A stretch of DNA of 63,996 nucleotides, the filler included, from Alcyonidium flabelliforme (lineage: Eukaryota): NCBI GenBank assembly GCA_026167845.1. It is 19 parts of 19 records of this genome, joined end to end, with 100 filler letters (N's around TTAATTAATTAA, not from the genome) between each part and the next. Parts side by side here need not be neighbours in the genome. Positions count along the whole stretch, not along the records: positions 31,582 to 34,851 come from JAOQFJ010000018.1; positions 34,952 to 38,153 come from JAOQFJ010000019.1; positions 38,254 to 41,415 come from JAOQFJ010000020.1; positions 41,516 to 44,639 come from JAOQFJ010000021.1; 15 more parts are not named here. One strand, 5' to 3'. Positions 31,582-43,150 of this stretch are shown in pieces (the stretch's first letter is position 1; each line of letters opens with the position of its first letter). The notes beneath the pieces are model-generated. The model did not search any database and was not told where the DNA came from. It was given only the letters and a program-made list of their open reading frames with translations. The translations under genes were made by a program, and so were the position numbers.

Positions 31582-33119
31582 CCGGACACATCCAAGTTGA
31601 TAGCTTGGCCCACCGTGCCGGCTTGATCCGGTATCGGTGTGGAGACAAACGGTTGGCCATTAGCCACGAACAACCAATCAAAATTATCTGCGACCGTACC
31701 GCCGCCGGTATCCGTCGCGGTGATCGTGACCGCAACATTTACGGTACCGGCATATACTCCGGTGATGAGACCGGCCGTCGAGATTGACAAGCCCGGGGGC
31801 AACGAGCCGCCATCCGCAAACGTTAGCGCGTCGACGTCCGCAAAGTTGCCCGATACATCCAAGTTGATCACGGTTCCGTTGGCACTATTTTGATCGGGGA
31901 TCGGAGTCGCTACGGTTGGCGGTGCATTGGCCGGAGTGCCGGCTCCTTGCTGCGAGATCACCTCCCAAATGTAACCGTTGCCGCGTGTGATGTTGACGAT
32001 GTTGGTATCCGTCGTGGAGATGCTACCGGTCGTGAACACGGGTTGCGTTGTGTTCAAAACGTAGCCGTTGCCATCGTGCAAGAAATGCACCGAGCCGCCC
32101 GGCTTAATGTCGCCAGCAATATCCGATAGCGTCATGGCTCCGGTGAGCGGTACCGTCGTTGACGCAAGGGTCACGCGTGGCTCATCAACTTTGATGTTGT
32201 TGCTGACCACCACCACGGACTCAAGATTGGTAGTCCCCGGCGTCGTGTCCACAAGAAACGGCAGGTTGCGGAAAACCGTTGTCGCGCCGACGCGAGCCTG
32301 AAAAACGTCGTACGTCTCGTTAGTGTCGCGAACCGTCACGCGGATCCCGTCCGGATAGTTACCGATCAAATTAGGATCGGTCCGTACGGCAACAACGTTG
32401 GCTTGGAATTCTGCATCCGTGAGAGCCACAACGTGATCGTTAATCTTGACGTAGTTGGAACCCACCAACTCGTAAGCAACACCCGTGGCCAACGTCATGA
32501 CCGCGTAAGATGTGACGGCATCACCCGCCACGTTGGTGCCCGGTGTCGGCCGAGCGTCCTCATCCGCCACATCCTCGGAGCCAACCGGGAGAACGATAGG
32601 ATGCATCGCTTGGAGTAGCGCTATGGCCGCCGCGTTGGCCGCGATCCCGGCCGCTTGGATTGGCGCGTCAGTTTCTAGCGTCGTTATGCTGGTTGTGTGA
32701 GCACCAATGGCAGCGTTTTGAGTAATTGGATCGTGAGTTTGGGAGAACGCGGTTGCAAGTTGGTTTGCTTGGGTGACGGTTAGACCGGTGCCGGTACCGA
32801 GCCCCGCGATTGCGGCCGCGTTAGTATCCGCGAGAGCTTGAGCCGCCAAGATGTCCGCGTCTTGCGTTGACCCGTCGTGAGCTTGGCCGAGAGCCGCGAT
32901 TTGTCCCGCGTCCAACGTGCCGGCCAAACCAGCGAGCCCGCCCGGTTCTCCGATTTGCTGGAGAATCGAACCAATATTGTTGATTATGTCGTTCGCGGCG
33001 CTGTAAACCCAAACGTTTGTTGGCAAGAGGATTGCGCCATCTTGCAACCGCACAAATCGAATGTGGTCAGTGCCTTGGTGGACGTACGATTCGAAGTGTA
33101 AGACGTTGAGATCGGGCAT
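31582..33119 (-). CDS. Putative phage virion/adhesin protein with repeated Ig/cadherin-like (He_PIG-type) domains (3' partial)
   Basis: Repeats P.V.TPIPDQ...INLDVS and LPPGLSISTAGLITG...TITATD; Ala/Gly/Thr-rich N-terminal region. Confidence 0.6.
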
Positions 33120-33194
33120 TGCGGAGCCTCACCAAGGGCGGGTGGTTGAGAGATTACCTCCGCAATTGTGTGAGTGCCGGCAAAACGTGTCAAG

Positions 33195-33551
33195 CTAGAC
33201 TGTGTAGGTGAACTCGATGCGGTTGGGGCAGTAGCGTTCGTTGACACCCATTTCGTAGCAATAGAAGTCCACAAACTCGGCACCGGACCAATCCGGAAAG
33301 CCCTCAAGCGTAGCCTCTCGCTTGCCGTATTTCTTATCGAGCACCATTCGGCGGAGCTCCTCGCGCCACATGTAATCAATTTTGATTAAGTGAATTCGGA
33401 TTAGGCCACCGGCTTTGATCCCTTGGCATTGCTCGCATTGCTGGATTATCTCATCTATCTTGAGGTGATCCCAACCGTTGCGCCGCGTCACCCGCTTTGA
33501 GTAGTCCCAACATTGCGCCTTGGTGTGCATGAACGACATGTTTCTAGGCAT
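33195..33551 (-). CDS. ASCH-domain-like phage protein
   Basis: MPRNMSF, K.VTRR.GW..LK, REATLEGFP, RIEF.Y; probable start at 33551 overlapping the upstream stop. Confidence 0.6.
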   Translation of the reverse strand: MPRNMSFMHTKAQCWDYSKRVTRRNGWDHLKIDEIIQQCEQCQGIKAGGLIRIHLIKIDYMWREELRRMVLDKKYGKREATLEGFPDWSGAEFVDFYCYEMGVNERYCPNRIEFTYTV

Positions 33552-33789
33552 TTGGTTTTTTCCATATGAGCCAATCAGGGGAATTGATCGACGGCGCATC
33601 AACTGGATTGCATTTGACTAGGCTTTGGTATCGTCGCACGCGGATCATCTCATCGCCGTTGTAATACTTCGATCGAATCGTGAAGCGTGGCCAGTTGATT
33701 TCTTTGATCTCTCCACGCTTCGTGTGAGTGCCGGCACAAAACAAAACCCAGTCACCAACAATTAATTTGTGTGCTTCGACGGCGTTCAT
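33544..33789 (-). CDS. Hypothetical phage protein
   Basis: ATG start; overlaps both neighbours in a packed minus-strand operon. Confidence 0.55.
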   Translation of the reverse strand: MNAVEAHKLIVGDWVLFCAGTHTKRGEIKEINWPRFTIRSKYYNGDEMIRVRRYQSLVKCNPVDAPSINSPDWLIWKKPNA

Positions 33790-34094
33790 TTGAACAACAC
33801 GGCTCGCTTGGCCGCCCTTTCAATTCTTTTCTTGGCCAACCGCTGTAACGCCTTACGGTAGCCGTCGTATTGGAGATGGCACTTCGGACACAACCCACAC
33901 AAGTTTTCCGGTCGGCAATCCATTTCAACGTGATTGATGTGAGCCACCGTGAGCGTCCGCTTGTGCGTGTCAAACGGCTCATCAGGAAATCGGCATTGCC
34001 GGCCACACTGCTCGCATTTCCACTGCGCCTCCTCCTTGATCGCGGTTGCGATCTCATCCCAATCCGGTGGGTACTTGCTTCGGTCCATCGGCAT
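33786..34094 (-). CDS. HNH endonuclease-like protein
   Basis: YPPDW, CEQCG, LTVAHINH, ENL..LCPKCH. Confidence 0.8.
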   Translation of the reverse strand: MPMDRSKYPPDWDEIATAIKEEAQWKCEQCGRQCRFPDEPFDTHKRTLTVAHINHVEMDCRPENLCGLCPKCHLQYDGYRKALQRLAKKRIERAAKRAVLFK

Positions 34095-34397
34095 TGTGTT
34101 TCTCCAATTGGATTCGCAATTCTTGCTCGTTCATCATCAAACCAACACGCTCGCGATACACTTTGAAAATGTCCACGTAAAGCAACCACGAGAGATCCTC
34201 CGGACCGTAATCAATGAACGGGGTTGAGAACTCGATCTCATCGGGCAACAACACGCGGCCATCGGGGTGGACATATTTACCGGTGGGCCTGTCAATCGGC
34301 ATGAACTTGCTCGTGACAATCCGCATGTATCCGCCGTTCATATCGCGATAGCCAAACCGTTGGCGTTCATCCATCATCCACTCCGCGTTTTCTGGAT
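34054..34397 (-). CDS. Hypothetical phage protein (start approximate)
   Basis: Part of the packed minus-strand gene run. Confidence 0.4.
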
Positions 34398-34552
34398 GGC
34401 AAACTAGTGAGAGCATCTTACGTATCTCCTTTGGGTGGGTACTCGGTCGGCCGGCCGTCGTCAAAGTAATGGCGAGACCATCCGAGCGGCTTCCATCCAG
34501 GAGTCATCACCATCTTTAATATCTCGCTAACTGCGAGGTTTAGAGAATCGAA

Positions 34553-34789
34553 TCACCACCCTTGAAATGGTCCTTGCTCTTTCGCCCAGCAGATCCGGGC
34601 ACGATTCAGTAGGAGCGGCATCACGTACAGCCATGTCCCATCGGTGAGAACAAACCCGACGATCGCTCCGCTAATATCGTGTTGGTTTCTATCCATTGGA
34701 AAACATCCAACCGTATCCGGAGCTGGGCTTTCGCTTTCAATCCGATCAAGATGAGCAATGTGCTCGGGTATGTCGTCGGCTGCGTTCAT
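34553..34789 (-). CDS. Hypothetical phage protein
   Basis: ATG preceded by AGGAGG Shine-Dalgarno (revcomp of CCTCCT near 34798). Confidence 0.55.
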   Translation of the reverse strand: MNAADDIPEHIAHLDRIESESPAPDTVGCFPMDRNQHDISGAIVGFVLTDGTWLYVMPLLLNRARICWAKEQGPFQGW

Positions 34790-34977
34790 GGTGATGACCT
34801 CCTATTTACAGATTTTTCTGCGGACTCACCGGCGGATGCCCATAGCCAAGCNNNNNNNNNNNNNNNNNNNNNNNNNNNNNNNNNNNNNNNNNNNNTTAAT
34901 TAATTAANNNNNNNNNNNNNNNNNNNNNNNNNNNNNNNNNNNNNNNNNNNNTTGCTCAGACCATTTATTTGATTATG

Positions 34978-35799
34978 TTAAAGCTGACCGTCATAGAATG
35001 GTGCGAACGGAATATCATCATCTACTGGGCCAGGTGGCATGGTTGACCGCGGTTGGGTGTTAGATGCCCCATTGTTTTGATAACTGTTATGCTGCGCTGG
35101 GGCTGGCGTACGTTGATAGCTCGTACCGCCATGTGGAGGTTGACTGTTCATATTATTGTTAAAACCAGATTGAGATTGACTGCCTATGCCAGCGGCATCA
35201 TTTGCTTTGTCTTGCGACTTCTCACTGGATTTAATCATGGCCGCAATAACAGCGTTAAACGTGTCTGGATTGGCTGGCGCATTATTTGCTTTTTCATGAG
35301 GTAGCTGCTTGGTGTCAGAATCAAAGACGTTGAACAAATTCAAACCACCACGCTTAACCTCCCCCTTACTCTTGTTAAAGTAAAAATTATCAGCTAAGAA
35401 CATACCGATTTTTTTCCCAGCTAGTTCAGGCGCTACCAAACCACCAACAGTTATATCTTTTTGCTGATCGTAGTTGTATTCTTGGTACTGGCCTTGCACT
35501 TGTGATAATGACGTTACGTTGCTACAAAGTATGATTGCGTTGATTAGGTTCTCACCAGAGAAGCGCTCGCCACTGGCATCACCGTAATAAACATCAATAT
35601 GAGCCGTAGATTTTTCACGGTTCATGATATGCAATGACATATAGTAAGTATCATGTCCGTCTTGCTTTTGATTGGTCTTCCAAGCAGCGCTTAAAATTTG
35701 GTAAATATCATTGGTATTGCCATTGATATAGCTTGACTGACCGACTCGTGCGGCCTTTGATTTATCCAATTGCCAAAAGGCTTGTGATTGTTGATTCAT
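34978..35799 (-). CDS. Phage single-stranded DNA-binding-like protein
   Basis: Follows the Sak4-like ATPase; Gln/Asn/Pro-rich linker and acidic DDDIPF tail; CAGGAG RBS. Confidence 0.7.
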   Translation of the reverse strand: MNQQSQAFWQLDKSKAARVGQSSYINGNTNDIYQILSAAWKTNQKQDGHDTYYMSLHIMNREKSTAHIDVYYGDASGERFSGENLINAIILCSNVTSLSQVQGQYQEYNYDQQKDITVGGLVAPELAGKKIGMFLADNFYFNKSKGEVKRGGLNLFNVFDSDTKQLPHEKANNAPANPDTFNAVIAAMIKSSEKSQDKANDAAGIGSQSQSGFNNNMNSQPPHGGTSYQRTPAPAQHNSYQNNGASNTQPRSTMPPGPVDDDIPFAPFYDGQL

Positions 35800-35814
35800 G
35801 GCACTTCTCCTGAT

Positions 35815-36474
35815 TTAAGCCTGTTCTGGCTGTTGATTTGGGTTTTTAGCAATGCCGTAGTAGTCACAGATAGCGCTGTCTACAGCGTTAAGGTCATTGG
35901 GGATTAGTTCAGACTGAAACATATCTTCAGGACTTTTAACGGTATTGAAGCCGTTGTTCTTTGTCATAAAGAAGTGACCGTCATCACGAAGTGTTGTTTG
36001 AAGCACGGTGGAAACAAGCCCTTCTAGTACAATCTTGTCATCCAAAACTTTGCCCATTGTTTTAATACGTTGGCGTCCATTGTCTTCTTGAACGTGAGCG
36101 AGTATATAAACGCGCTTGTCATTACTGACGTGGTTGATTGCAGTATCAAACACAGAAAAAGCGTTGTAGGACAGAATGTTGTAACGATCAAAGGCAGCGC
36201 CTTTCTCATACTTCTGATTGTTTCCACGTATATATTCGAGACTCATAATGTATTGAAAATCATCAATGACAATAACAGGGGCTTTGCTTCTAACTAGTGC
36301 ATCGCAAATCTTGGCAGCGCTATCAGTTGCAAGCTTTTTAAAATCTTTGCCACCACGAAAGGGTAGTGGTTTATTGACAACATTGATAACACCAGTCTGA
36401 TTTGGATCTAAATGCTTTAAGCTATAAGACTTACCTTCGCCACTATTGCCTAAAATTAAAGTTACGATAGCCAT
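35815..36474 (-). CDS. Sak4-like (AAA_24) phage recombination ATPase
   Basis: Walker A GNSGEGKS, KPLPF, Walker B VIDDFQY, KTMGKVLD, KSPEDMF, IPNDL. Confidence 0.8.
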   Translation of the reverse strand: MAIVTLILGNSGEGKSYSLKHLDPNQTGVINVVNKPLPFRGGKDFKKLATDSAAKICDALVRSKAPVIVIDDFQYIMSLEYIRGNNQKYEKGAAFDRYNILSYNAFSVFDTAINHVSNDKRVYILAHVQEDNGRQRIKTMGKVLDDKIVLEGLVSTVLQTTLRDDGHFFMTKNNGFNTVKSPEDMFQSELIPNDLNAVDSAICDYYGIAKNPNQQPEQA

Positions 36475-36692
36475 TACTTGATACCTCCTGATTGACCACT
36501 ACCTGATAGCTTGCCTCTGTAAATCGCGTCAAGCTCTGCATCAGTAGGATCAAAAAATATGATAGATTTCTGACCATGGTTATAAGTTGGTACTGGTTTG
36601 ACTTGAAGGTCGCTTGCCCTGACTGGTACAAGTGACTGTGTGCCAAGCTTTGCGAGTATCGCCATCGCTGTTCTATGCCTGAGATTATTCAT
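36474..36692 (-). CDS. Hypothetical prophage protein
   Basis: Translationally coupled to both neighbours. Confidence 0.55.
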   Translation of the reverse strand: MNNLRHRTAMAILAKLGTQSLVPVRASDLQVKPVPTYNHGQKSIIFFDPTDAELDAIYRGKLSGSGQSGGIK

Positions 36693-37357
36693 GCTCGGCT
36701 CCTTTCCCGTTCGCGGTGGTCATAACGAGACTTACCAAACGCTTTACGATCATTTTGATTTGCTGCCCAGGACATACCGCCGATTGGTCTACTGTTTCTA
36801 CCAGCCATGTATTTTTTCTTAGCAACATCAAACTGTTTTTGTAGACGCTTGGCTATGTATGGTTCGTCAGCTAAATTAAGACTCAGGATACGTAGTGGGT
36901 CTCCAATTAAGCGATATTCAACGACACTCTGACCGTTACCTAAAAGAGAGATAGCATCTTTGGATTCAAAGATTTTGTCGTCTACTTTCAATTTGTGCTT
37001 GCCACCGCTATCAGCGATAGCGACAATTGCATCAGTCCACATACCAAATTGTTTGCCGTCTCTGCCTTCAGAGACGTCTTTAGTGAATAGGTGAGCATAT
37101 GACGATACAAAGCTACGCATAGCACCTGTCAGCTTTTTGGCCAATGCATCATTAACGGTAGCAGTCTGCCAGCGGCCAGCGATAAACTCATGAACATTGC
37201 TGCGATCTAGCTCTACCTCATATGGAGCAGTGCGCTTAACTTTGCAGGCATAGAATGCTTGATTGTCATCTGCATCCGATGTGATCACCTGGGCGCCAAA
37301 CGCACCATCAGGAAATTTACGCACTGAGTTCAGGTTTAATTTGATGTGTAAGTTCAT
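36689..37357 (-). CDS. Hypothetical prophage protein
   Basis: 222-aa ORF with ATGA overlaps and GGAGG RBS. Confidence 0.7.
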   Translation of the reverse strand: MNLHIKLNLNSVRKFPDGAFGAQVITSDADDNQAFYACKVKRTAPYEVELDRSNVHEFIAGRWQTATVNDALAKKLTGAMRSFVSSYAHLFTKDVSEGRDGKQFGMWTDAIVAIADSGGKHKLKVDDKIFESKDAISLLGNGQSVVEYRLIGDPLRILSLNLADEPYIAKRLQKQFDVAKKKYMAGRNSRPIGGMSWAANQNDRKAFGKSRYDHRERERSRA

Positions 37358-37632
37358 TGGTTGCCTCCAGCAGCGTATAAGCGCATTTCAGCGAGTTTTT
37401 GATTGGCGTAAGCGTTCTGCTTTCTGAACTCTATTAGCTCAGGGCTATCGCTTGAGCTCATGCGCGGCTCAAGCGTTGATGTCGCTACGTCTTGCTCGGC
37501 TTGGCTGAGCAGGTAGCTGTTGCAGCCAGTGATGTTGCCAACTACTACAAGTGACATACCTGCTGCCAGTCCTGCAGCGATATGTGCACCGCCTGACTTT
37601 ATTTGGTTGAGTAGTGCGAAATGTTGTGCCAT
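37354..37632 (-). CDS. Hypothetical prophage protein with hydrophobic segment
   Basis: First gene after the leftward promoter; AAGGA RBS. Confidence 0.6.
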   Translation of the reverse strand: MAQHFALLNQIKSGGAHIAAGLAAGMSLVVVGNITGCNSYLLSQAEQDVATSTLEPRMSSSDSPELIEFRKQNAYANQKLAEMRLYAAGGNQ

Positions 37633-37761
37633 AATCCTTTCACTCCTTGTTGAGTAAAGCCCCTTTAGATGTCCAGTCGAGAAGGGGCTTTTTATTGTCT
37701 AAAATTTGGTACTGTCGTTAATTGAGTATTTTTGGCTAGGGCATGCTGTTCCCATGTGTAT

Positions 37762-37812
37762 AAAGTAACTTAACTTACCTTTTATGTCAAGAAGGAAAGT
37801 AAGAAAACTTAC
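37762..37812 (-). promoter_or_regulatory. pL-like promoter with two repressor-operator-like palindromes
   Basis: Minus strand TTGACA-17 nt-TACTTT; GTAA(C/G)-N4-CTTAC at 37765-37778 and 37799-37812. Confidence 0.6.
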
Positions 37813-37830
37813 CTAAATTTAGATAGGCAC

Positions 37831-37855
37831 AAAAAAACCACCTCTAGGGTGGTTT
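37831..37855 (-). terminator. Rho-independent terminator
   Basis: AAACCACC/GGTGGTTT stem followed by a T-run on the minus strand, just downstream of ORF 37872. Confidence 0.7.
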
Positions 37856-37871
37856 AGTAATACATAAATTT

Positions 37872-38153
37872 TTAGTCTCTATAACCTCGTACAGTGCACC
37901 GACAACCCTCTATAGGCTCAAAGAAATGCTGATCGAACGCACGATCTAACTCACCATTCAAAATATTAAAACCTTTACCGCTGATATCTAAACAAGGCTG
38001 AGTTGCGTAATTATCATTAACCATATCAAACTGACCTTGTTTGAAATAGCCATCTTCTTTTAACTTGGTAAGTGCATCAATTCTAGGCTTCATCAGTGCA
38101 AACCATGATTTATAGTATTTTTCATCATTCCATCTATCGTCATCAATCTTACA
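37872..38153 (-). CDS. Hypothetical protein, 3' partial (immunity-region accessory gene)
   Basis: Frame open to the contig end; ends GCRCTVRGYRD* before a terminator. Confidence 0.5.
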   Translation of the reverse strand, partial: CKIDDDRWNDEKYYKSWFALMKPRIDALTKLKEDGYFKQGQFDMVNDNYATQPCLDISGKGFNILNGELDRAFDQHFFEPIEGCRCTVRGYRD

Positions 38154-38394
38154 NNNNNNNNNNNNNNNNNNNNNNNNNNNNNNNNNNNNNNNNNNNNTTA
38201 ATTAATTAANNNNNNNNNNNNNNNNNNNNNNNNNNNNNNNNNNNNNNNNNNNNCCAGCTGGGTGCGCACGATCGGGTAGGACATGCGCAGCGTCGTAGTC
38301 ATATGTTCAACTTTAACGAGGAGAAAACAGTTAAAGCCAGTGCTGGAGAGAAGAGCTTCTTCCACCTGAAGGCACCCAAGTTGTTTGAAATTAT

Positions 38395-41300
38395 TTTTTT
38401 TTGAAATTAAATATATTTATTTCACCAATAAAACAATGTACAATATTATAATATTGATGAGGTGATCAGCTAAAGGTATGAACAACCGCTAGCAAGCTGA
38501 CCACCCATAAACAAACATGAATTTACTATAATAATTGATTATCAGGAATTAACATATATACAAATTAATACATTTAAGCCAGAGTACTAATTTTGTAGTT
38601 TGAAAGAAATCTGAGGAAAATACAAATGGAATGGCAGAGACACGAGACACACTTTAAAGTAAATGATATCGAGAACACACAAAGCAATCAATATTGGTAC
38701 AATTATTTCTATAGTTGCTTAAAATGTAGTTTTTAAAGTAATTCGAAAAACCATTGAGTGAATGGGTGTCAATTTTATCAGTTACGCGAGAAGGAAAAAG
38801 GTGATTATTAAGAACGTGGGGTATATGATATCTTAAGCATTTGTTACATGATTTCTTTTTATAAAAGGGAGTTTTCATAATTGGTCGAAAATACGAGGAA
38901 TCAGTGACGTACTCTGAGTGTTCAGGTGGATGTCTGCTAATTCTAATTAAATTTCTGTTCGGCGTATAGGTTTCAAAAAAATTATGAACATAGAAGTAAC
39001 TGGGAAGGACACCTTTTTTAAATTTATAATAAAACTTTAAACATGCCTGGTTAAATATATCATCAATAAGCATAGTATTCAAAAGTTTGCATATAGGTTG
39101 AGTGTGTGCGCAGAATGGTAATTTACTAACATGTCGTAAAGCTTTTTTCTGGAGTGATTTAAGTCTAGTACAATTATGAAATCCCCAAAGAGTTATGCCA
39201 TAATTTAGATGAGAAAGAATAAGAGAATTATAAATCATGAGTAAGATTTTTTTTGGGAAGTAATGTTTTAATATCGAGAGAACACCAACAGTTTTAGAAA
39301 TTTTTTTGACGATTTCATTAACATGCTTCTCCCATGATAAATTACAATCAATGAAAATGCCTAAAAATTTGAAAGTGTCAACTTTTTCAATAAGTTTATT
39401 GTTAATTTTAATGAGTGGTATTACATTGTTAGATATTATTCTTTGAGGAAAATGAAATATCATGAATTTAGTTTTATTGATATTGAGAGATAGTTTATTA
39501 ACCGTAAGCCATTCAAAGACAGAATTAAGTTTACTATTGATAGCAGAAGTTTGTTGATCTAAACTACTAGGATTTTGCTCATTAGTTTTTTTATTTATGT
39601 CGAATGGAATAATTAGACTAGTATCATCAGCATACATTAGACATTTCATATCAGAAGATGATGAGGCTAAATCGTTTACGTATATTAAGAAGAGTAAAGG
39701 ACCTAAGATGGACCCTTGAGGTACACCTGTCGTAATAGTTCCGAGAGAAGAAGAAGTATTTTCTATGGTTACAAACTGTTTTCTATTATTAAGATAGCTT
39801 TTAAACCAGTCTATTTCATTTCCAAGAATGCCGTAGTGTCGTAACTTGGTTATCAAGATGTTATGGTCTATAGTATCAAAGGCTTTTGATAAATCCATGA
39901 AAACTGCAAGAGGGTTATTGTTTTTATCTAGGTGGTTGTAAATAGTATCAACAAATTCTGTTACTGCAAGTTCAGTAGAATGGTTTTCTCTAAACCCATA
40001 TTGAGAGATAAATAATAATTTATTTTGAACAAAGTAGTTATATATTTGATTGTAAACAATCTTTTCAAAAATTTTGGAAACTATGGGTAGCACTGAAATT
40101 GGTCGATAATTGTTCATTGAATTTTTATCTGAATTGTTACCTTTGTAAATAGGGAAGACCTTTGCCACTTTTAGTTTATCTGGAAATATACCCGAGTTTA
40201 AAGATTGGTTGATCAATATTGTCAGAGGTTTGCATAATATATTAGAATGTGTTTTAATAAATGTACTAGATATATTGTCTACACCACAACTTATATTGGA
40301 TTTTAGATTAGTGATGATTTTTTTAACCGTATTTTCAGTTACTTCTAGAAATTTGAAACGCAACTGATTGTTTTTTAATAAATATTTTTCAAACGAGACA
40401 TTACTATCAGAGTGTAGTGTTTCAGCTAATCGCTTACCAATATTGATGAAATAGTCGTTAAAGTGGTTAGTTATTTCTTTTTGATCAGTTACATATTTAT
40501 CACCATCAATAATATATTGTGGCAAAAAGTTTGTAGTGGGTCGGTTATTCAGTACGGTTTTGATGGTGTCCCAAGTCTTACGGATGTCATAAGAATGTTT
40601 ATTAAATTGTTTTTCAAAATATAAGGTCTTTGCTGATTTTATTACCGATTTTAGCATTGAATTATATTTTTTCAGTTTAACTGAAAGAGTTTCATGAATT
40701 GTTGTATTAACAGAAGCATTACGTAGATTTTTATAGATTTTGTCGCGGTTTTTAATAGACTTGAGGATGCCGTGAGTAATCCAATTATTAAGTTTATGCT
40801 TATGTTTATCAAGTCGAACAGTTTTAGAAATTGAATATTTAGAAATTAGATTGATTAAGGTTTCATTTAAAAGGCTATAGTTAATATTTGGATCATTGTC
40901 AATATCAAAAAGAGAATCAAAGTTTATTGTTTCAAGATCAGTTTTAACAAGATTATTGAAATTATATTGTCGGCATTTGATAGTAATTTGTTTTGGTCTT
41001 TTAGGCTTTACAACCTTTTTTAAGTCAATTCCAATAAAGACAGGGCAATGGTCAGAGAGGTTACTAAAAAGAATGCCAGAGTTTGATTGGTTGGACGCAT
41101 TAGAATATTTGATGTAAATTTGATCAATCAATGTACAAGAGTTGTTATTAAAGCGAGTTGGGAAATTTATTTTCGGCAGGAGGTGCATATCAATCATGTG
41201 ATCAAAGAATAAACTTGCTGAATCATCATTAGATAGTTTTAAGAGATCAATATTAAAATCACCAGCAATGATTAATTCACCATTTTTTTTACTTAGATCA

Positions 41301-41415
41301 GAAATTATTGGAATATAATTCTGTATAAAGTCATTGTATAATCTGTCTACGGTTGATGACGGCCTATAGATATTTACTACATTTATAGTTTTATCATTTA
41401 CTTTATTTTGTAAAA
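38395..41415 (-). mobile_element. Non-LTR retrotransposon (CR1/L2 group): ORF2 (38654 to contig end) and 3' UTR
   Basis: GDFNID, SDH, YRPISVL, DLSKAFD, GVPQGSILGP, YADD; C-terminal C-x4-C-x2-C; same family as 28398-31463. Confidence 0.92.
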
Positions 41416-41854
41416 NNNNNNNNNNNNNNNNNNNNNNNNNNNNNNNNNNNNNNNNNNNNTTAATTAATTAANNNNNNNNNNNNNNNNNNNNNNNNNNNNN
41501 NNNNNNNNNNNNNNNGCCAAGTATCATAAAATATCCCTATAAGTCTAAGAGCCATCCAAAAGTTGACTACCAAAAAAGGGAGCAGACGCAAATGTGAATT
41601 CTTTTTATATTGCTTAATATGTTGGGGACATTCCAGACTCGCAGATTTATGCAAGTTTGCGAAGATGTTAAGACAAATTATGTTTGGATATCTTTCCATG
41701 TATTCCAACCTTGAAAACCTCCGCGTGTGTCGCGTATCAATGACGTTCGTTGCCGACTTTTGCGCCTAAAGCTATACTTCATTGTACTACGCCTGCGTTT
41801 TATTAACTGTCTGGATAACTTAGTTACCTCTGGAAGCGTTGTCTAATGAGGGGC

Positions 41855-42372
41855 CTAAGTAGATGTTTTATCTTTCCTCCAGGCAAATCCACCAGGGATT
41901 GTTAGGTTCTGTAGTGAATGAACACTAGTAAGCCATATACAAGCTACTGTACTGACATGGTTGTTGATGAGTGCTGCCGGTGTGGGCAGAAGGTTTAGCA
42001 TCAGTTTTGCCTTAAGGGATTGATGAATGGATATGTCAACACAGTGTAATAGTTGGAAACTCTTTCTATGCTTCTCACATTGACTATTTTCCTTTACCGT
42101 GCAACTGAGATGTTGTGTCGCACCAAGAGAAGCAGTGCACCCGAAGTTTCCCAGTCTGCGGTGGATGCCATTAACCAAAACGACATTTGGTGCTTTCTAC
42201 TCGCAATTGTAGACCACAGTTGTACGTCTTGTTGAAGGTGTTTTAGTTTAATTGGTGATTTTCCAAGATGTATTACCAGTAGAACATCTGTATCTACACT
42301 TGAGACCAAAATATTAGAATAGCCCTTTGTCAAGGCATCTCCAATGTGCACACACATTCGTGTGTCTGCCAT
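41855..42372 (-). pseudogene. Degenerate fragment of an invertebrate transposon-associated protein
   Basis: ADTRMCVH...SVDTDV and LLPTPAAL..H...W.......P.GF.W motifs in broken frames. Confidence 0.4.
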
Positions 42373-42599
42373 GCTTAACTCTTTGTGTTTTCAATTTGTT
42401 GCTTCGCCAACTTAGTTTATGTCTTCAACTATCATCCACTATTTGTTAGTAGATTACTTAGCATTAATAATAATAAGTAAGCTTTATTGCAATCATTGAC
42501 TGAAATATACATGAACATGAGTTTCAAATAATTGATAAATAATACATTATAAAACTGTCCACTGTCCGTTCCTGATTCCCCATGGAATTAGAGAATTCC

Positions 42600-43150
42600 T
42601 GTATTCTTACATCTCACAGGCGCATAATCACAATCGCTTCTCAGACGATATGAATGAGAGTGTTTGCATGGAAGTAAATGATGTAAAGACAAAAGTGTGA
42701 CTCTCATCTCCATGCGAGTAATGAAATCACTGCACAGAGATTCTCTCCTTTGAAGGAACGTTCATGGTAAATTAAAAAATTCACAAGCAGCGTCGTAGGA
42801 AAACCCCGGCTTGTTGATTTCTAGCGGGCCGGGTCTGAATGGACTCAATGTTATTGCTCAGTTCTTTCGATAGTGAGGTGCACCATACCGGGCAAGCGTA
42901 TTCACAAATTGGTCTTATCAAGCTTAAAAATATACGAACAAGTTCGCTCTCTGATAATCCTGCTCTTTTCAACCTTCTGATATAGTAAAGTCTTTTCCTT
43001 GCTTTGCCAACAATGTAATCAACATACTCACTTGATATTATCACACCGAGGAGCTTCGCTGATTTCACGCTTTCGATACAGGTATCGCCACACTGCAATA
43101 CATCGAACTCCGGATCCTTTCCAAAAGAAAAAAATCATTTCTTTGTTTTG
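42600..43150 (-). pseudogene. Degenerate LINE RT C-terminal fragment
   Basis: KLLGV.I, KARKRLY.IRRLKRAG, LIRPICEYACPVW, IESIQ. Confidence 0.7.
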
